Below the pieces are notes generated by a model. The model saw nothing but the letters and a program-made list of their open reading frames with translations, made no database searches and had not been told where the DNA came from. A DNA stretch of 64,000 nt from positions 170,990-234,989 of the forward strand of contig CAVUPZ010000001.1 in the NCBI GenBank assembly GCA_963743505.1, in the 5' to 3' direction. Made by a program: the position numbers and the translations under genes. The stretch comes from an uncultured Solirubrobacteraceae bacterium (GTDB lineage: Bacteria; Actinomycetota; Thermoleophilia; Solirubrobacterales; Solirubrobacteraceae). Positions 1 through 9,687 of the stretch are shown here, piece by piece; positions within the stretch are counted from its first letter, which is position 1, and every line of letters starts with the position of its first letter.

Positions 1-22
1 GCGCCAGCTGGCCAATCAGGCG

Positions 23-1108
23 GTGCCGACGCTGCTCGCCTCGGCCCCGGTGCAGCAGGCATGGCGCAAGGCCAACCAGACCGCCTTCAACGAGCTGCTC
101 CAGATCCTCAACGGCAACAACAGGGTGCTCTCGACGAGTGGCGGCGAGGTGGCGCTGAACCTGCACGAACTCGTCACCGACCTCGCCACCCAGCTGGGCG
201 TCGGCGACAAGGTCGCCGCCGCGCGCACCAAGCTGGCCGGCGGGGCGGGCCTCGCGGCGCGCGGGGCGGTGGAAGAAAAGCTCGGTGTGACCTTGCCGGC
301 CAACACGGGCCGGCTCGTGATCATGCGGTCCAAGCAGCTGAAGACGGCTCAGGACATCGCCAAAGCGATCCGCGGCCTGGCGGTCGTGCTGCCGCTGCTG
401 ACCCTGGCCCTGTTCGCGTTGGCGATCTGGTTGGCCCAGGGCTGGCGGCGGATCGCCCTGCGCACCACCGGCGCGTGCTTGTTCGGCGTCGGCGTCGCCC
501 TGCTGCTCGCCCGCCGCGTCGCCGGCGAAGGGATCGTAAACGGCCTCGTCGCCGACCCTACCAACCGCCCCGCGGCGCAGGCCGCGTGGTCGATCGGCAC
601 CTCGCTGCTGTATGACCTCGCGGTCGCGGTGATCGCCTACGGCCTCGTGCTCATCGCCGCGGCGTGGCTGGCCGGGGGGACGCACGCGGCGACGTTCCTG
701 CGCCGCCTCACGGCACCTGCGCTACGGATGCATCCCACCGGGTCCTACGCGATGGCCGGCCTGATCTTGCTGCTGATCGTCGCATGGGGGCCGACGCCCG
801 CAACGCGACAGCTGCTGCCGGTGCTCGGGTTGGCGGCGCTCGCGGCGCTCGGCGTGACCGTGCTGAGGCGACAGACGGAAGTGGAATTCCCCGACGCGCT
901 CCCGGCTGACACGTGGGCGGAGCTGCGCCGCCTGCGGCACTTCGGGCACGACCGGGGCGCGCCCGGGCCGACCGCGTCAGTGGGGGCCGACGAATCCGCA
1001 GTCGCGTCGGGCGCCACGACGACGAGCCAGCCGGCGGCCGCCGTGCCGAACGGCCCGGCCGCGGCGGTGGAGGCACCGGCCGCAGGCGAGGCCCGCGCTC
1101 CTGACTAG
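23..1108 (+). CDS. Integral membrane protein, probably 5'-truncated by the window edge
   Basis: 361-aa ORF with several hydrophobic helices in the C-terminal half and an Ala/Pro-rich tail; frame is open to the window start. Confidence 0.75.
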   Translation: MPTLLASAPVQQAWRKANQTAFNELLQILNGNNRVLSTSGGEVALNLHELVTDLATQLGVGDKVAAARTKLAGGAGLAARGAVEEKLGVTLPANTGRLVIMRSKQLKTAQDIAKAIRGLAVVLPLLTLALFALAIWLAQGWRRIALRTTGACLFGVGVALLLARRVAGEGIVNGLVADPTNRPAAQAAWSIGTSLLYDLAVAVIAYGLVLIAAAWLAGGTHAATFLRRLTAPALRMHPTGSYAMAGLILLLIVAWGPTPATRQLLPVLGLAALAALGVTVLRRQTEVEFPDALPADTWAELRRLRHFGHDRGAPGPTASVGADESAVASGATTTSQPAAAVPNGPAAAVEAPAAGEARAPD

Positions 1109-1135
1109 CGCGAGCGCCCTCCTGATGTCCTGACG

Positions 1136-1822
1136 CTAGTCACCCTTCTCCGCCAGGAACAGCAGCGCCGCCATGACCCGGCGGCTCACGTCCTCCGGGT
1201 CCGGCAGGTCGAGCTTGGCGAAGATCGAGTTGACGTGCTTCTCGACCGCCCTCTTCGTGAGCACGAGCGACTGCGCGATCGCGGCGTTGCTCTTGCCCTC
1301 GGCGATCTGGGCGAGGATCTGCAGCTCGCGCGCGGTGAGCTCCGCGAGGGCGGATCTGTGTTCGCGGGCGCGCCCCTCGATCAGCACGTCGACGACCGCG
1401 GGATCGATCGCCGAGCCTCCGTCCATGACCGCTCGGATCGCCCGGACGAGCTCGTCGGCGTCTCCGATCCGCTCCTTGAGCAGGTAGGCCCTGCCGCTCG
1501 TGCCGGACCCCATCAGGTCCAGGACGTAATCGGGCTCGACGTGCTGGCTGAGGATCACGACCCCGACCTCGGGATCGCTCCCGCGCAGCTGGCTGGCGAC
1601 CCGGATGCCTTCGCGCCCGCCGGAGGGCGGCATGCGGATGTCGGCGATCACGACGTCCGGCCGCTCGCTCTCGATCAGGCGTTCGAGCTCCTGTCCGTCC
1701 CCGCACAGGCCGACGAGCTCGACGCTCGGCTCCTCGGCGAGCATCGCGGAGAGGCCTTCGCGGATCACGACGGAGTCGTCGGCCACGACCACTCGCGCCC
1801 GTCGTGCCAGCCTTTGCGTCAT
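1136..1822 (-). CDS. NarL/FixJ-family response regulator (REC + LuxR HTH)
   Basis: VVVADDS, DIRMPP, YLLK, LTARELQIL...GKSNAAIA...VEKHVNSIFAKL; ATG at 1822 preceded by GAGGA. Confidence 0.92.
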   Translation of the reverse strand: MTQRLARRARVVVADDSVVIREGLSAMLAEEPSVELVGLCGDGQELERLIESERPDVVIADIRMPPSGGREGIRVASQLRGSDPEVGVVILSQHVEPDYVLDLMGSGTSGRAYLLKERIGDADELVRAIRAVMDGGSAIDPAVVDVLIEGRAREHRSALAELTARELQILAQIAEGKSNAAIAQSLVLTKRAVEKHVNSIFAKLDLPDPEDVSRRVMAALLFLAEKGD

Positions 1823-1953
1823 GTCCTCGCCACGTCGCTCCCGCTCGCTCTCCAGAGGGCCATCATAATCGGCCGTCTCGCGGCGTCGGGCGCGGCGTGT
1901 CGGGAGGATCGAATCGACGGCCGCCGCGAAGCTCGCGACGAGCCTCGCGCGGC

Positions 1954-2385
1954 TCACTCCCGCGTGAGCTGATCCTGGGGCCGGCAGATGAGCGATGCGA
2001 GCACGGCCTCGCGCTGCCCGCGTCCGGTGCTCGAGCGGGGCCGGCGGCGCGAGGCGGTGCATCGCGGGGCTGGTCGCTCGGCGGCGATCCGCCAACCGAG
2101 GAACCAGGCCGACGGCCAGCGCCCCACCGCTGCCTCGACCTCCACCTGGGCGTGCGCTATCCCCTCCGCGCTGAGCGCCAGTGGCCCCATCGTGAGCTGC
2201 ACGAGCCACCCGGTCGAGCACGTCGTCCGCAGCGGCGAGGGGCATATCCCCACCCGGACACCCGGGCGCGCTCGCAGCTCCTCGGCGACGACGACCGCTT
2301 CCCTGGTCGTCACGCAATGGATTCCGCAGACGAGCACGACGTCCTGAGCGGCGGTTCCACTGACATCGTGAGTCGCGATCTCCAT
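1954..2385 (-). CDS. Hypothetical protein
   Basis: ATG with upstream AGGA; fills the gap between two minus-strand regulators; no recognisable motif. Confidence 0.45.
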   Translation of the reverse strand: MEIATHDVSGTAAQDVVLVCGIHCVTTREAVVVAEELRARPGVRVGICPSPLRTTCSTGWLVQLTMGPLALSAEGIAHAQVEVEAAVGRWPSAWFLGWRIAAERPAPRCTASRRRPRSSTGRGQREAVLASLICRPQDQLTRE

Positions 2386-2449
2386 CGTCCTACATGATGG
2401 GCGCCCCGCGCTCCCCTGCCAATACCACCGCTGCGTGATCTCGCTGCGA

Positions 2450-3064
2450 TCAGTTGAGCGCGAGTCCCTCGCCGATCGCCTGGGCGACGAGCTGGGCGCG
2501 CGAGCGGGCGCCGCTCTTGACCATCGCGTTGCGAACGTGTGTCCTGACCGTGTCGTGGGAGATCAGCAGCTCGTCGGCGATCTCCCGCGCGGTGCTGCCC
2601 ATCGCCACGAGCCGGACGATCTCGCGCTCGCGCGCGGTCAGCGCAAGCCTGTCGAGGTGCTCGTGCTCGGGCTCCCGACGGAACGACGCGCCCCAGCGCG
2701 AGGTGCTAAGCGCGACGAACAGCACGAGCCGGCGGCCGGTGACGATCTCCGTGGTGGCCGCCCACTGCACGGCGACGAGGCCGCCGTCGGCACATTTGAG
2801 CCTGGCCTCGCCCGTGAAGTGGCCGCTGAGGAGGGCCTGCCGCCACTCCTCCGGGCTCACGACCGGTCCGCCCGGGACGAGCTCCCAGCTGGGTCGGCCG
2901 ATCAGCTCGGCACGCGGGAAGCCGAGGAGCTTCAGGTAGGCGCCGTTGACCTCGACGTAGCGACGCTCTTCGTCGAGCAGGGCCATCGCGTTGCGCGACT
3001 GGGTGAACGCCGCGGCGAACAGCGCGCCCCAGTCGGCGCGGTCGGGTTGCTCAACCGTCTGCAT
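2450..3064 (-). CDS. PAS-domain LuxR-family transcriptional regulator
   Basis: PAS-like AMALLDEERRYVEVNGAYLKLLGFPRAELIG and C-terminal LTAREREIV...HDTVRTHVRNAMVK; start overlaps the kinase stop. Confidence 0.88.
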   Translation of the reverse strand: MQTVEQPDRADWGALFAAAFTQSRNAMALLDEERRYVEVNGAYLKLLGFPRAELIGRPSWELVPGGPVVSPEEWRQALLSGHFTGEARLKCADGGLVAVQWAATTEIVTGRRLVLFVALSTSRWGASFRREPEHEHLDRLALTAREREIVRLVAMGSTAREIADELLISHDTVRTHVRNAMVKSGARSRAQLVAQAIGEGLALN

Positions 3065-5000
3065 CGCGAGCGCTCGCGACCTTGGACGGCGCATACTCGC
3101 GGATCGCGGCGGGCGACTCGGCGCGGGAGCCCTCCGCGGCCTGCGGCTCGACGGCGACGGCGCCCGAGACGACCGTCCCGGCGGCGGGAGCGGAGTCGAT
3201 CGTGAGCTTGCCGCCGATGGCCTCGAGCCGGTCGCGCATGTTGAGCAGCCCCGACCCCTGTGCCGCGCTGGCAGCGTCGAAGCCCGCGCCCGAGTCGCTG
3301 ACGGCAAAGCGCAGCGAGCCGGCGTCCTGCCACAGGTGCACGCGCACGCGTGCGCCAGCTCCCGCATGCTTGGCTGTGTTCTGGAGCGCCTCGAGGCAGG
3401 CGAAGTAGACGGCGGCCTCGATCGCGCGTGGGTAGCGACCAACATCCTCGCCACGCACGGTGGCTCGGGACGCGGAGCGCTGGCAGGCGGCGCTGAGGGC
3501 CCTCGTCAGGCCGTACTCGAGCAGCACCGATGGGTAGATGCCGTTCCCGAGCGAGCGCACCTCGTCCAGGGTGTCCTGGAGTTCGACCCCGATCCCGGCG
3601 AGCATACGACCCGCTCGGGCGGGATCGGCGTCGAGCGTCCGCTGAGCGAGGCTGAGCTTGACGCCCATGCCGACGAGGCGTTGCTGGGCGCCGTCGTGCA
3701 GGTCCCGCTCGATCCGCTGGCGCTCGGCCACGGCGGCCTCCAGCAGGCGGCGCCGCGACTCGGAAAGCTGACGTGCGGAAGCTGCGAGTTCCGCCTCGAG
3801 CCTGGCGTTGTGCAGCCACATCACGGCGGCCTCGCCGGCGGCGGCGACGAAGCGGCGTTGATCGCTGAGCTCGCGGTCGAACTGAACCGCTGCGATCGGG
3901 CGTCCGTGCTCGTCCGTGACGGCGGCGATCGTCCGCCCCTGTTGGGCGCGGACGTCCACGATGGCGCCGTGGCTGTCGGCATACTGCCTGGAGCCCGGTC
4001 GCCGGTAGGCGATCCGGAGGGTCGGGTCGTGCAGCGCCTCGCGCATCAGACGCTCGACGTCGGTCGGGTTCGAGCCGATCAGGCGACTGACGAAATCGGC
4101 GAGGGCGCTCCCCATGAACAGGCGCTCCAAGTCCAGCCCGAGGAAGATGCAGAGCGGAACGGCGATCGTTGCGGCCACATAAGCGGTTCCGACCGGTCCC
4201 ACCATCGGCAGCCCGGCGAGCCGGCCGACGGTGAAGGCGATCAGGAGCCCCGCCATCAGGCCCGCGGCGACGAGGACTGGCATCATCATCCGTCGCGCGG
4301 GCTGGCTCGCGCCGACCGTGCGTCGCAGCAGGATCGCGAAGGTGCCCGTGTTCAGCGCCAGCCACGTCGCGATCGTGATCGCTTTCAGGGCTGGTGCGAC
4401 GGCGGTGCCCGAGCCGACGTACAGAAGGTTCTGCGGGCAGTGGGGGGCGCAATGCACCAGCGGCGTCACCAGCGGCGGCTGCGGACCGGTGAGGAGCGCG
4501 GCCGTCCAGCAGAGGACCCCGACGCCGACGGCGACGATCAGGAAGCGGGCCTCGCCTTGCGTCCTCAGCCGTCCGCGAGGATGAGCGAGCACGAGGAAGC
4601 AGACGACGCCGGGGGCGGCGGCCGAGCAGATCACACCAAGCGTGAACGCTGTCGGATCCGACGATCCGTTCAGCAGCCACAGGCATGAGAACAGGCCGGC
4701 GACGAGTAGACGGCGGCCCATGCGCGCCTGGGCCGCGTTCGTCTGCGCGTAGAGGCCGGCGAGCGCCAGCACGAGGATGATCGCGATGCGCAGGGAGACG
4801 GCGCCGTGGGCCGGCGAGGCGAGCGGGTTCGCCGCCGTCAGGTAGCCGACGCCGGCCGCTCCGCAGAGCCCCCCCAGCGCGAGCAACGCCGCGCTGCGCG
4901 GGATCGGTCGTGAGCCGGCGGGTCCGCGCCCGCGCGGAATGCCCAGCGGCCCGAACGCGTGTGGACGCGAACCCCAAGCCTGCACTCCTGCAGCTGCCAT
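3051..5000 (-). CDS. Membrane sensor histidine kinase (HisKA_3)
   Basis: N-terminal TM helices, ERQRIERDLHDGAQQRL H-box, EALQNTAKHA N-box, DSGAGF and GSGLLNMRDR G-boxes. Confidence 0.93.
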   Translation of the reverse strand: MAAAGVQAWGSRPHAFGPLGIPRGRGPAGSRPIPRSAALLALGGLCGAAGVGYLTAANPLASPAHGAVSLRIAIILVLALAGLYAQTNAAQARMGRRLLVAGLFSCLWLLNGSSDPTAFTLGVICSAAAPGVVCFLVLAHPRGRLRTQGEARFLIVAVGVGVLCWTAALLTGPQPPLVTPLVHCAPHCPQNLLYVGSGTAVAPALKAITIATWLALNTGTFAILLRRTVGASQPARRMMMPVLVAAGLMAGLLIAFTVGRLAGLPMVGPVGTAYVAATIAVPLCIFLGLDLERLFMGSALADFVSRLIGSNPTDVERLMREALHDPTLRIAYRRPGSRQYADSHGAIVDVRAQQGRTIAAVTDEHGRPIAAVQFDRELSDQRRFVAAAGEAAVMWLHNARLEAELAASARQLSESRRRLLEAAVAERQRIERDLHDGAQQRLVGMGVKLSLAQRTLDADPARAGRMLAGIGVELQDTLDEVRSLGNGIYPSVLLEYGLTRALSAACQRSASRATVRGEDVGRYPRAIEAAVYFACLEALQNTAKHAGAGARVRVHLWQDAGSLRFAVSDSGAGFDAASAAQGSGLLNMRDRLEAIGGKLTIDSAPAAGTVVSGAVAVEPQAAEGSRAESPAAIREYAPSKVASARDADG

Positions 5001-5190
5001 GGTCCCGCCAGTCCCTCGTCGCACGCCGTCGCGGTTGTAGGCCCTCCTTGCCGAGTCAACCTGCCGGTCCGGCGGGTTGACCCTCGCGGGAGCATAGCGA
5101 TCGCCGCCTGCCCCGACATAGGGGCTAACTACGTACGGAGCTCGCCGTCCGTTGTCGATCGCCTCCGACGGGCCGGCCGCTGCCCGTGCC

Positions 5191-7431
5191 TCAGGCCATC
5201 GGTGCCTCGATCAGCCCCAGCGCGGCCGCCTGCACGACGGCTTCGTTGCGCGAGCTCGCGTCCAGCTTCGCATACACGGCGTGCGCCTGGCTCTTGACGG
5301 TGTTGCCGGACACGTGCAGCCGCTCGCCGATCTCGCGGAACGAGAGGTGGCTGGGCAGGAACCGCAGCACGCGCAGCTCGGCCATCGTCAGTGACCCGGG
5401 ACCGCTGAGAGCCGCCGCGCTGACGCCGTCGATCTCGCCCCACGCATCGTCCATCCAGGCGACCAGGCGCGGCGCGGGCAGCGCGCGGCGGGCAAGTCGG
5501 GATGCCTGGGAGAGGAGCGCGCGTGCCGCGGCCACGTCGGCGAGCTGGATGCATGTCCGCGCCAGCACGATCCGCGTCTCCACCTCGTACCACGGCATGA
5601 AGTCGGCCAGGCGCTCGAGCATCTGCGAGGCGCGGGTGAGCGACGTCTTGGCTTCATCGGCCCTGCCGGCGCGGGCCATGGTGAGGGCCCAGACCGCGAC
5701 GGTCAACGCTGCCGTCGGCTGGCCGTCGAGGTCTCGGGCGGCGAGCCAGCTCAGCGCACGAGCGGTCCCGTCCCCGGCGAGCTCCCAGTCGTCGTCCTCG
5801 ATGTCCATCAGCGCGAGCTGCGTCAAACAGAGGGGCGCGGCGGCGGGCATCGTGCTCGTGTACGCGTGGGCGCCCTCGCGAAGGTACCTGCGGGCGTCCT
5901 CGCGTTCTCCGGCGAGATGCATGGCGACGCCCCGCAGCAGGCAGCACAGCGGACGCAGCGGGCCGGCTCGGGGGGCCAGATCGTAGGCGCGCCCGGCGTT
6001 CGTGGCGAGCTCGTCGAGGCCGCCGACTCCCGCGGCCGCGTCGATCAGCAGGACGCCGGCCTCGAGGGAGGCCGCGCCCTCACCGGGCGCTTCGCGACCG
6101 AGTGCTTCTGCGCCCACGTGTCCCCAGTGGCGCGCGGTCACGAGATCGCCACGCCCGAGGTGGTCGTGGGCGCTCGCCAGCGCGAGCTGCGGGCTGGAGG
6201 CGATCTCCACGGCCGCGAACGCGCTCAGCCAGCGTTGCAGATCCCCCGGGCCCTCACACAGCAGGCGGGGGGCGTCCTCCCACAGAAGCCGTCCCACACG
6301 CTCGGCGTCGCCCGCCGCCACCGCATGCCCGATCGCTCGATCCGTGTCGCCGTGGTCGGCATACCAGCCGCTCGCCCGAGCGTGCAGGCGAGGCAGCTCG
6401 GCGGCTTCGCAGGCCTCCAGCTCTGCGAGCAGGGCATCGCGCACGAGCGCGTGGCAGCGGTACCACGTGTGCGCGGGGTCCTGGGGGATCAGGATCATCG
6501 TGCTCGCCGCGAGCTCGTGCAGGATCTGCGCGCTGCCCTCGCGATCAAGGGCGGCGTCGCACAGCTCGCCGGAGAGATGCTCGAGCACCGCGGCCCTCCT
6601 CAGCAGCGACCGTTCCTCGGCGTCGAGTGGCGCGAAGATCTCCTCGCGGAGGTAGGCCGCGACCGCGTGGTCGCTGCCCCTGATCGAGCTGGGGCGAGCT
6701 CCGTCGCCGGCGCCGGCGCCCAGCGCGGAGGCGGCCAGGCTCATGCAGGCGGGCCAGCCCTCGCTGCCCTCGACGAGCTGCTCTGCGAGCGCGTCACCGC
6801 TGTCCACGCCCGCAGCCGTGAGCAGCTGGACGGCCTCGTCGGCGTTCATCGCGAGCTCCGACGGTCCGATCTGGAGCAGCCGGTGGGCGGCCCGAAGCCT
6901 GCCCAGGCGCAGCTGTGGTTCGCTGCGAAACGCTACGACGAGCGTCACGCCCGGGGGCACGTCTGCCGCGAGCTCGGCGAGGATCTCAAGGGAGAGCCGG
7001 CTGCGGAGCCGGTGGGCTTCGTCGAGGACGAGCACCGAACCCGTGCTCGGCCGCTCGGCCCCGGGCGCCAACGATCCTAGCGCTGCCGACAACGACCTCA
7101 GCAGGTTCGTTCCGTCGTCGTCATCCGCCGTCATGTCGAGCCAGGCGAATGGCCGCGCGTCGCGTGCCGCCCACTCGGCCAGCAGAGCCGACTTGCCATA
7201 GCCGGCGGGCGCCGCGAGCACGATCACCGTCGCTTCGCGCTCCTGCGCGAGCCGCTTGGCGAGACGGGGGCGCGGGATGTGTCGCGCCGGGACGGGGGGC
7301 GCCGAGAAGTCGGCCCGCCCCCGCCGCGCCACGCCGGCTGGACGCGGAATGCCCCTGGGCGGCGTCGATCCGTTCGCCCCCGATTCTGTGAACGCACGCG
7401 GCGTCGATGACGCCGGGCGCAGCCGGCGCAT
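5191..7431 (-). CDS. MalT-like LuxR-family regulator (P-loop ATPase, helical repeats, LuxR HTH)
   Basis: APAGYGKS Walker A, VLVLDEAH Walker B, SEGWPA, WYRCHALV, C-terminal LTMAELRVLRFLPSHLSFREIGERLHVSGNTVKSQ; start uncertain (7431 or 7527). Confidence 0.9.
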   Translation of the reverse strand: MRRLRPASSTPRAFTESGANGSTPPRGIPRPAGVARRGRADFSAPPVPARHIPRPRLAKRLAQEREATVIVLAAPAGYGKSALLAEWAARDARPFAWLDMTADDDDGTNLLRSLSAALGSLAPGAERPSTGSVLVLDEAHRLRSRLSLEILAELAADVPPGVTLVVAFRSEPQLRLGRLRAAHRLLQIGPSELAMNADEAVQLLTAAGVDSGDALAEQLVEGSEGWPACMSLAASALGAGAGDGARPSSIRGSDHAVAAYLREEIFAPLDAEERSLLRRAAVLEHLSGELCDAALDREGSAQILHELAASTMILIPQDPAHTWYRCHALVRDALLAELEACEAAELPRLHARASGWYADHGDTDRAIGHAVAAGDAERVGRLLWEDAPRLLCEGPGDLQRWLSAFAAVEIASSPQLALASAHDHLGRGDLVTARHWGHVGAEALGREAPGEGAASLEAGVLLIDAAAGVGGLDELATNAGRAYDLAPRAGPLRPLCCLLRGVAMHLAGEREDARRYLREGAHAYTSTMPAAAPLCLTQLALMDIEDDDWELAGDGTARALSWLAARDLDGQPTAALTVAVWALTMARAGRADEAKTSLTRASQMLERLADFMPWYEVETRIVLARTCIQLADVAAARALLSQASRLARRALPAPRLVAWMDDAWGEIDGVSAAALSGPGSLTMAELRVLRFLPSHLSFREIGERLHVSGNTVKSQAHAVYAKLDASSRNEAVVQAAALGLIEAPMA

Positions 7432-7586
7432 GCCCGGCTCGGCCTTCCCCAACGTGCTTGTGATCGAATCGAGTGTCTGCACCGGATCGCCTCGCCGCCC
7501 TGGTCGTGATTGTTCGGAGATCAGCATCACCAATCGCCGTATGCCGCTCAAGGGAGCGCGCCAGCATCCCGAGGGGGGTGCCTGCA

Positions 7587-7603
7587 CCACCCGATTCGGG
7601 TTA
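7587..7603 (-). promoter_or_regulatory. 17-bp palindromic box TAACCC-GAATC-GGGTGG upstream of the MalT-like regulator
   Basis: Degenerate match to TCAYCC-N5-GGRTGA, followed by TGC like other copies; no -10 hexamer at the usual spacing. Confidence 0.55.
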
Positions 7604-8440
7604 AGCGCCGCGCACGCGCAGAGCACCCGGGAGGGTGCGAAAGCGCAGCGGCGGGTGCAACTGGCGGTCGCGTCCGTCGACGTTGGCCTCGAGCGGTGCG
7701 CCGGCGGCGAGTTCGAGCCGACTCGCCACCCGCATCCGCCACCGGATGTCACGAGCATCCTCGGGCGGTCCGCCCGGGGGCTGGTCGCAGGTCGTGATCC
7801 CGAGCACGCCGGCGTCGAGGCACGCGCGCCCGTAGAGGTCTCCCCGTTGCACCTGGAAGCAGTTGTTGGACACGAGCAGGGCCGGCGCGAGGAAGCGATC
7901 GCCGAGTCCGAGCGGCCGCACGCCCGGGGAACCGGCACGCCTGACGGTTGCGTGCGAACGCTCGAGCCCTGCACCGTGGCCGTCCTCGCTGGTGGGCGGG
8001 ACCCGGATCCGGACGCCGAGGGCCACGTAGTTGACGAACGCGATCCCGTTCACCTCCGCGAGGTCGATGGCGCGCTCGGGCCCCGAGAGCGATCTTCTCA
8101 GCGCGTCGCCCAGATCGATGCCGGGGCCGTGGACGTCGGCCGCGAGCAGATCCTCGGGGCCGGCCGGGATGCATGCGAACGGGAGATCGCGCCCGACCGC
8201 GACAGCGGCGACCGACGCCTGGACGCGGGCGCTCCCGCAGACCGCGAGCGCGCCGGCGCCAAACCCCCTCACGGCCGCGGCGACCGCGGTCAGAGGATCC
8301 TTCTCGTCGACCGTGACGACGGCCACCCCCCGCCGGCCCGCCTCGGCCACCAGCCAGAGCCGCGCCGACGTCGGCCGCGGCGTGTAGCGACCGAGGATCA
8401 GGACGGCGCATGGTGCGGTGGTGGTCGGGACGGATGGCAC
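7601..8440 (-). CDS. Diacylglycerol kinase-family-like protein with degenerate catalytic motifs
   Basis: LPFACIPAG and ERAIDLAEVNGIAFVN are DAGK-like; the GGDG motif is replaced by CGSA. Confidence 0.7.
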   Translation of the reverse strand: MPSVPTTTAPCAVLILGRYTPRPTSARLWLVAEAGRRGVAVVTVDEKDPLTAVAAAVRGFGAGALAVCGSARVQASVAAVAVGRDLPFACIPAGPEDLLAADVHGPGIDLGDALRRSLSGPERAIDLAEVNGIAFVNYVALGVRIRVPPTSEDGHGAGLERSHATVRRAGSPGVRPLGLGDRFLAPALLVSNNCFQVQRGDLYGRACLDAGVLGITTCDQPPGGPPEDARDIRWRMRVASRLELAAGAPLEANVDGRDRQLHPPLRFRTLPGALRVRGA

Positions 8441-8559
8441 AGTTCGCTCGCCTTGGGCCCAGCGCGGAGCCTCAAGAGCCCGAACGCCGCCTCGTCCCTG
8501 CGCACGGCGCGGCGCGGCGCGGCGCCGCGCCCCCGCCGCGGCGCCGCGCGTCGCAGTCG

Positions 8560-8904
8560 CTAAGGACCGTCGGGCAGCGTCAGGCCGAGCGCGAGCATGA
8601 TCTCCGAGGCTGCGGCGACGATGCGCGGGCCGCCCACCTGCGGCGCGACCGCGATCAGGACACCGACGATTTCATCGGGCTCCACCCCTTCTTCGAGCGC
8701 GTTGGCGATCTGCCACGCGTAGGAGGCCGGAGCTGCGTCGAGCGCCACCAGCGAGGCGATTTTCACCAGGGCGAACGTGCGGCCGTCGAGTCCCGTGCGC
8801 TCACGCGCCGACTCGCGCAGGCCAATCGCCGTAGCCAGCACGTCGACATCGCCGGTGGCTATCCCGGTGAGGGTGTCTTGGGTGTCCTGGCCTACTGCTG
8901 CCAT
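8560..8904 (-). CDS. Carboxymuconolactone decarboxylase/AhpD-like protein
   Basis: LDGRTFALVKIASLVALDA...ALEEGVEPDEIVGVLIAVAPQVGGPR. Confidence 0.85.
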   Translation of the reverse strand: MAAVGQDTQDTLTGIATGDVDVLATAIGLRESARERTGLDGRTFALVKIASLVALDAAPASYAWQIANALEEGVEPDEIVGVLIAVAPQVGGPRIVAAASEIMLALGLTLPDGP

Positions 8905-8976
8905 GGCGGGAGGGTCCTTTCGCGTCCTGGTGGTCAAAGCTCCGCACGACGCTAGGAGAACTCGGCGGCGGGCGCA

Positions 8977-8993
8977 TCACCCCAACGGGATGA
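8977..8993 (-). promoter_or_regulatory. 17-bp box TCATCC-CGTTG-GGGTGA with -10 TAGCGT 22 nt downstream
   Basis: Read directly; upstream of the CMD gene. Confidence 0.75.
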
Positions 8994-9039
8994 CCCCCCG
9001 GTCCCGCGCGACGTCAGTCCAGACGCGCGTGCTCGCGGC

Positions 9040-9483
9040 TCAGGTGCAGGGGAGCGGCGCGAGGGCGTCCTTGTAGGCTGCGGCAAGCTGGTGCAGGGCG
9101 CCGGTGAGCGCCGTGAGCAGCTGTGTCGTCGAGGTGCTCCTGGTGAGGTTGTTGAACGCTTCTGTCGCCTGCTGCTCGAACTTGCTCGTCGCCTGCTGCA
9201 GTTCCTGGCGCCGCGCGGGCGAGAGGTCTTTCTGGGCTTCGGTCATCTTCTTCAGGTCGGCGGCGATCGCGCCGGCGTCGTCTCGCAGTTCGGTCAGCGC
9301 CTGCACCGACGGGCTCAGCGTGCGCAGGTGTTCAACCCTGGTCTTGACGTCGGCGCGCGCGGAGCAGACAGTCTTTTCGGCCTTCTGCTGCTTCGATTCG
9401 CCGCCGCAGCCCCCGAGCGCGGCCGCGAGCGCGATCGCGCCGAGGGCCAGCAGCACTCGAGGAGGATGGCGCCGCCCATGCAC
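9040..9483 (-). CDS. Lipoprotein, helical
   Basis: Lipobox LAAALGGC; GTG at 9483 lies 6 nt after a -10-like GAGCCT. Confidence 0.8.
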   Translation of the reverse strand: MHGRRHPPRVLLALGAIALAAALGGCGGESKQQKAEKTVCSARADVKTRVEHLRTLSPSVQALTELRDDAGAIAADLKKMTEAQKDLSPARRQELQQATSKFEQQATEAFNNLTRSTSTTQLLTALTGALHQLAAAYKDALAPLPCT

Positions 9484-9517
9484 GTCGTCAGGCTCGTGCC
9501 GTGTAGGGGATCGGACA

Positions 9518-9534
9518 TCCCCCGGTTCGGGTGA
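9518..9534 (-). promoter_or_regulatory. 17-bp box TCACCC-GAACC-GGGGGA with -10 GAGCCT 22 nt downstream
   Basis: Read directly; upstream of the lipoprotein gene. Confidence 0.65.
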
Positions 9535-9586
9535 CCGCGGCGTCCTCCGCGGCTGGTGATCGCCACTGCACCGCATCCAGTTCAGA

Positions 9587-9603
9587 TAACCCCAATTGGA
9601 TGA
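9587..9603 (+). promoter_or_regulatory. 17-bp box TAACCC-CAATT-GGATGA with -10 CAGCCT 22 nt downstream
   Basis: Read directly; upstream of the DUF1269 gene. Confidence 0.7.
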
Positions 9604-9687
9604 TGCGTCGGCTCGCCAGGTCGGACAGCCTCGTTCGCGGAGTCATCGCCGCACACGATGGCTCATCCCCAGAAAGGTGCCACGGCG

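Noticed and set aside
2932-4977. Many long overlapping or antisense ORFs, e.g. 2932-4977, 13453-15396, 58250-59722
   Set aside because: Arg/Pro/Ala-rich shadow frames expected in very high-GC DNA, overlapping well-supported genes
5056-5081. Inverted repeat GTCAACC...GGTTGAC upstream of the histidine kinase
   Set aside because: Spacing differs from the 17-bp box and it is a single instance; it may be an operator or terminator but is unsupported
8495-8552. GC-only inverted-repeat tract between the CMD and DAGK-like genes
   Set aside because: Could form a hairpin, but has no U-tract and is low complexity; not called as a terminator
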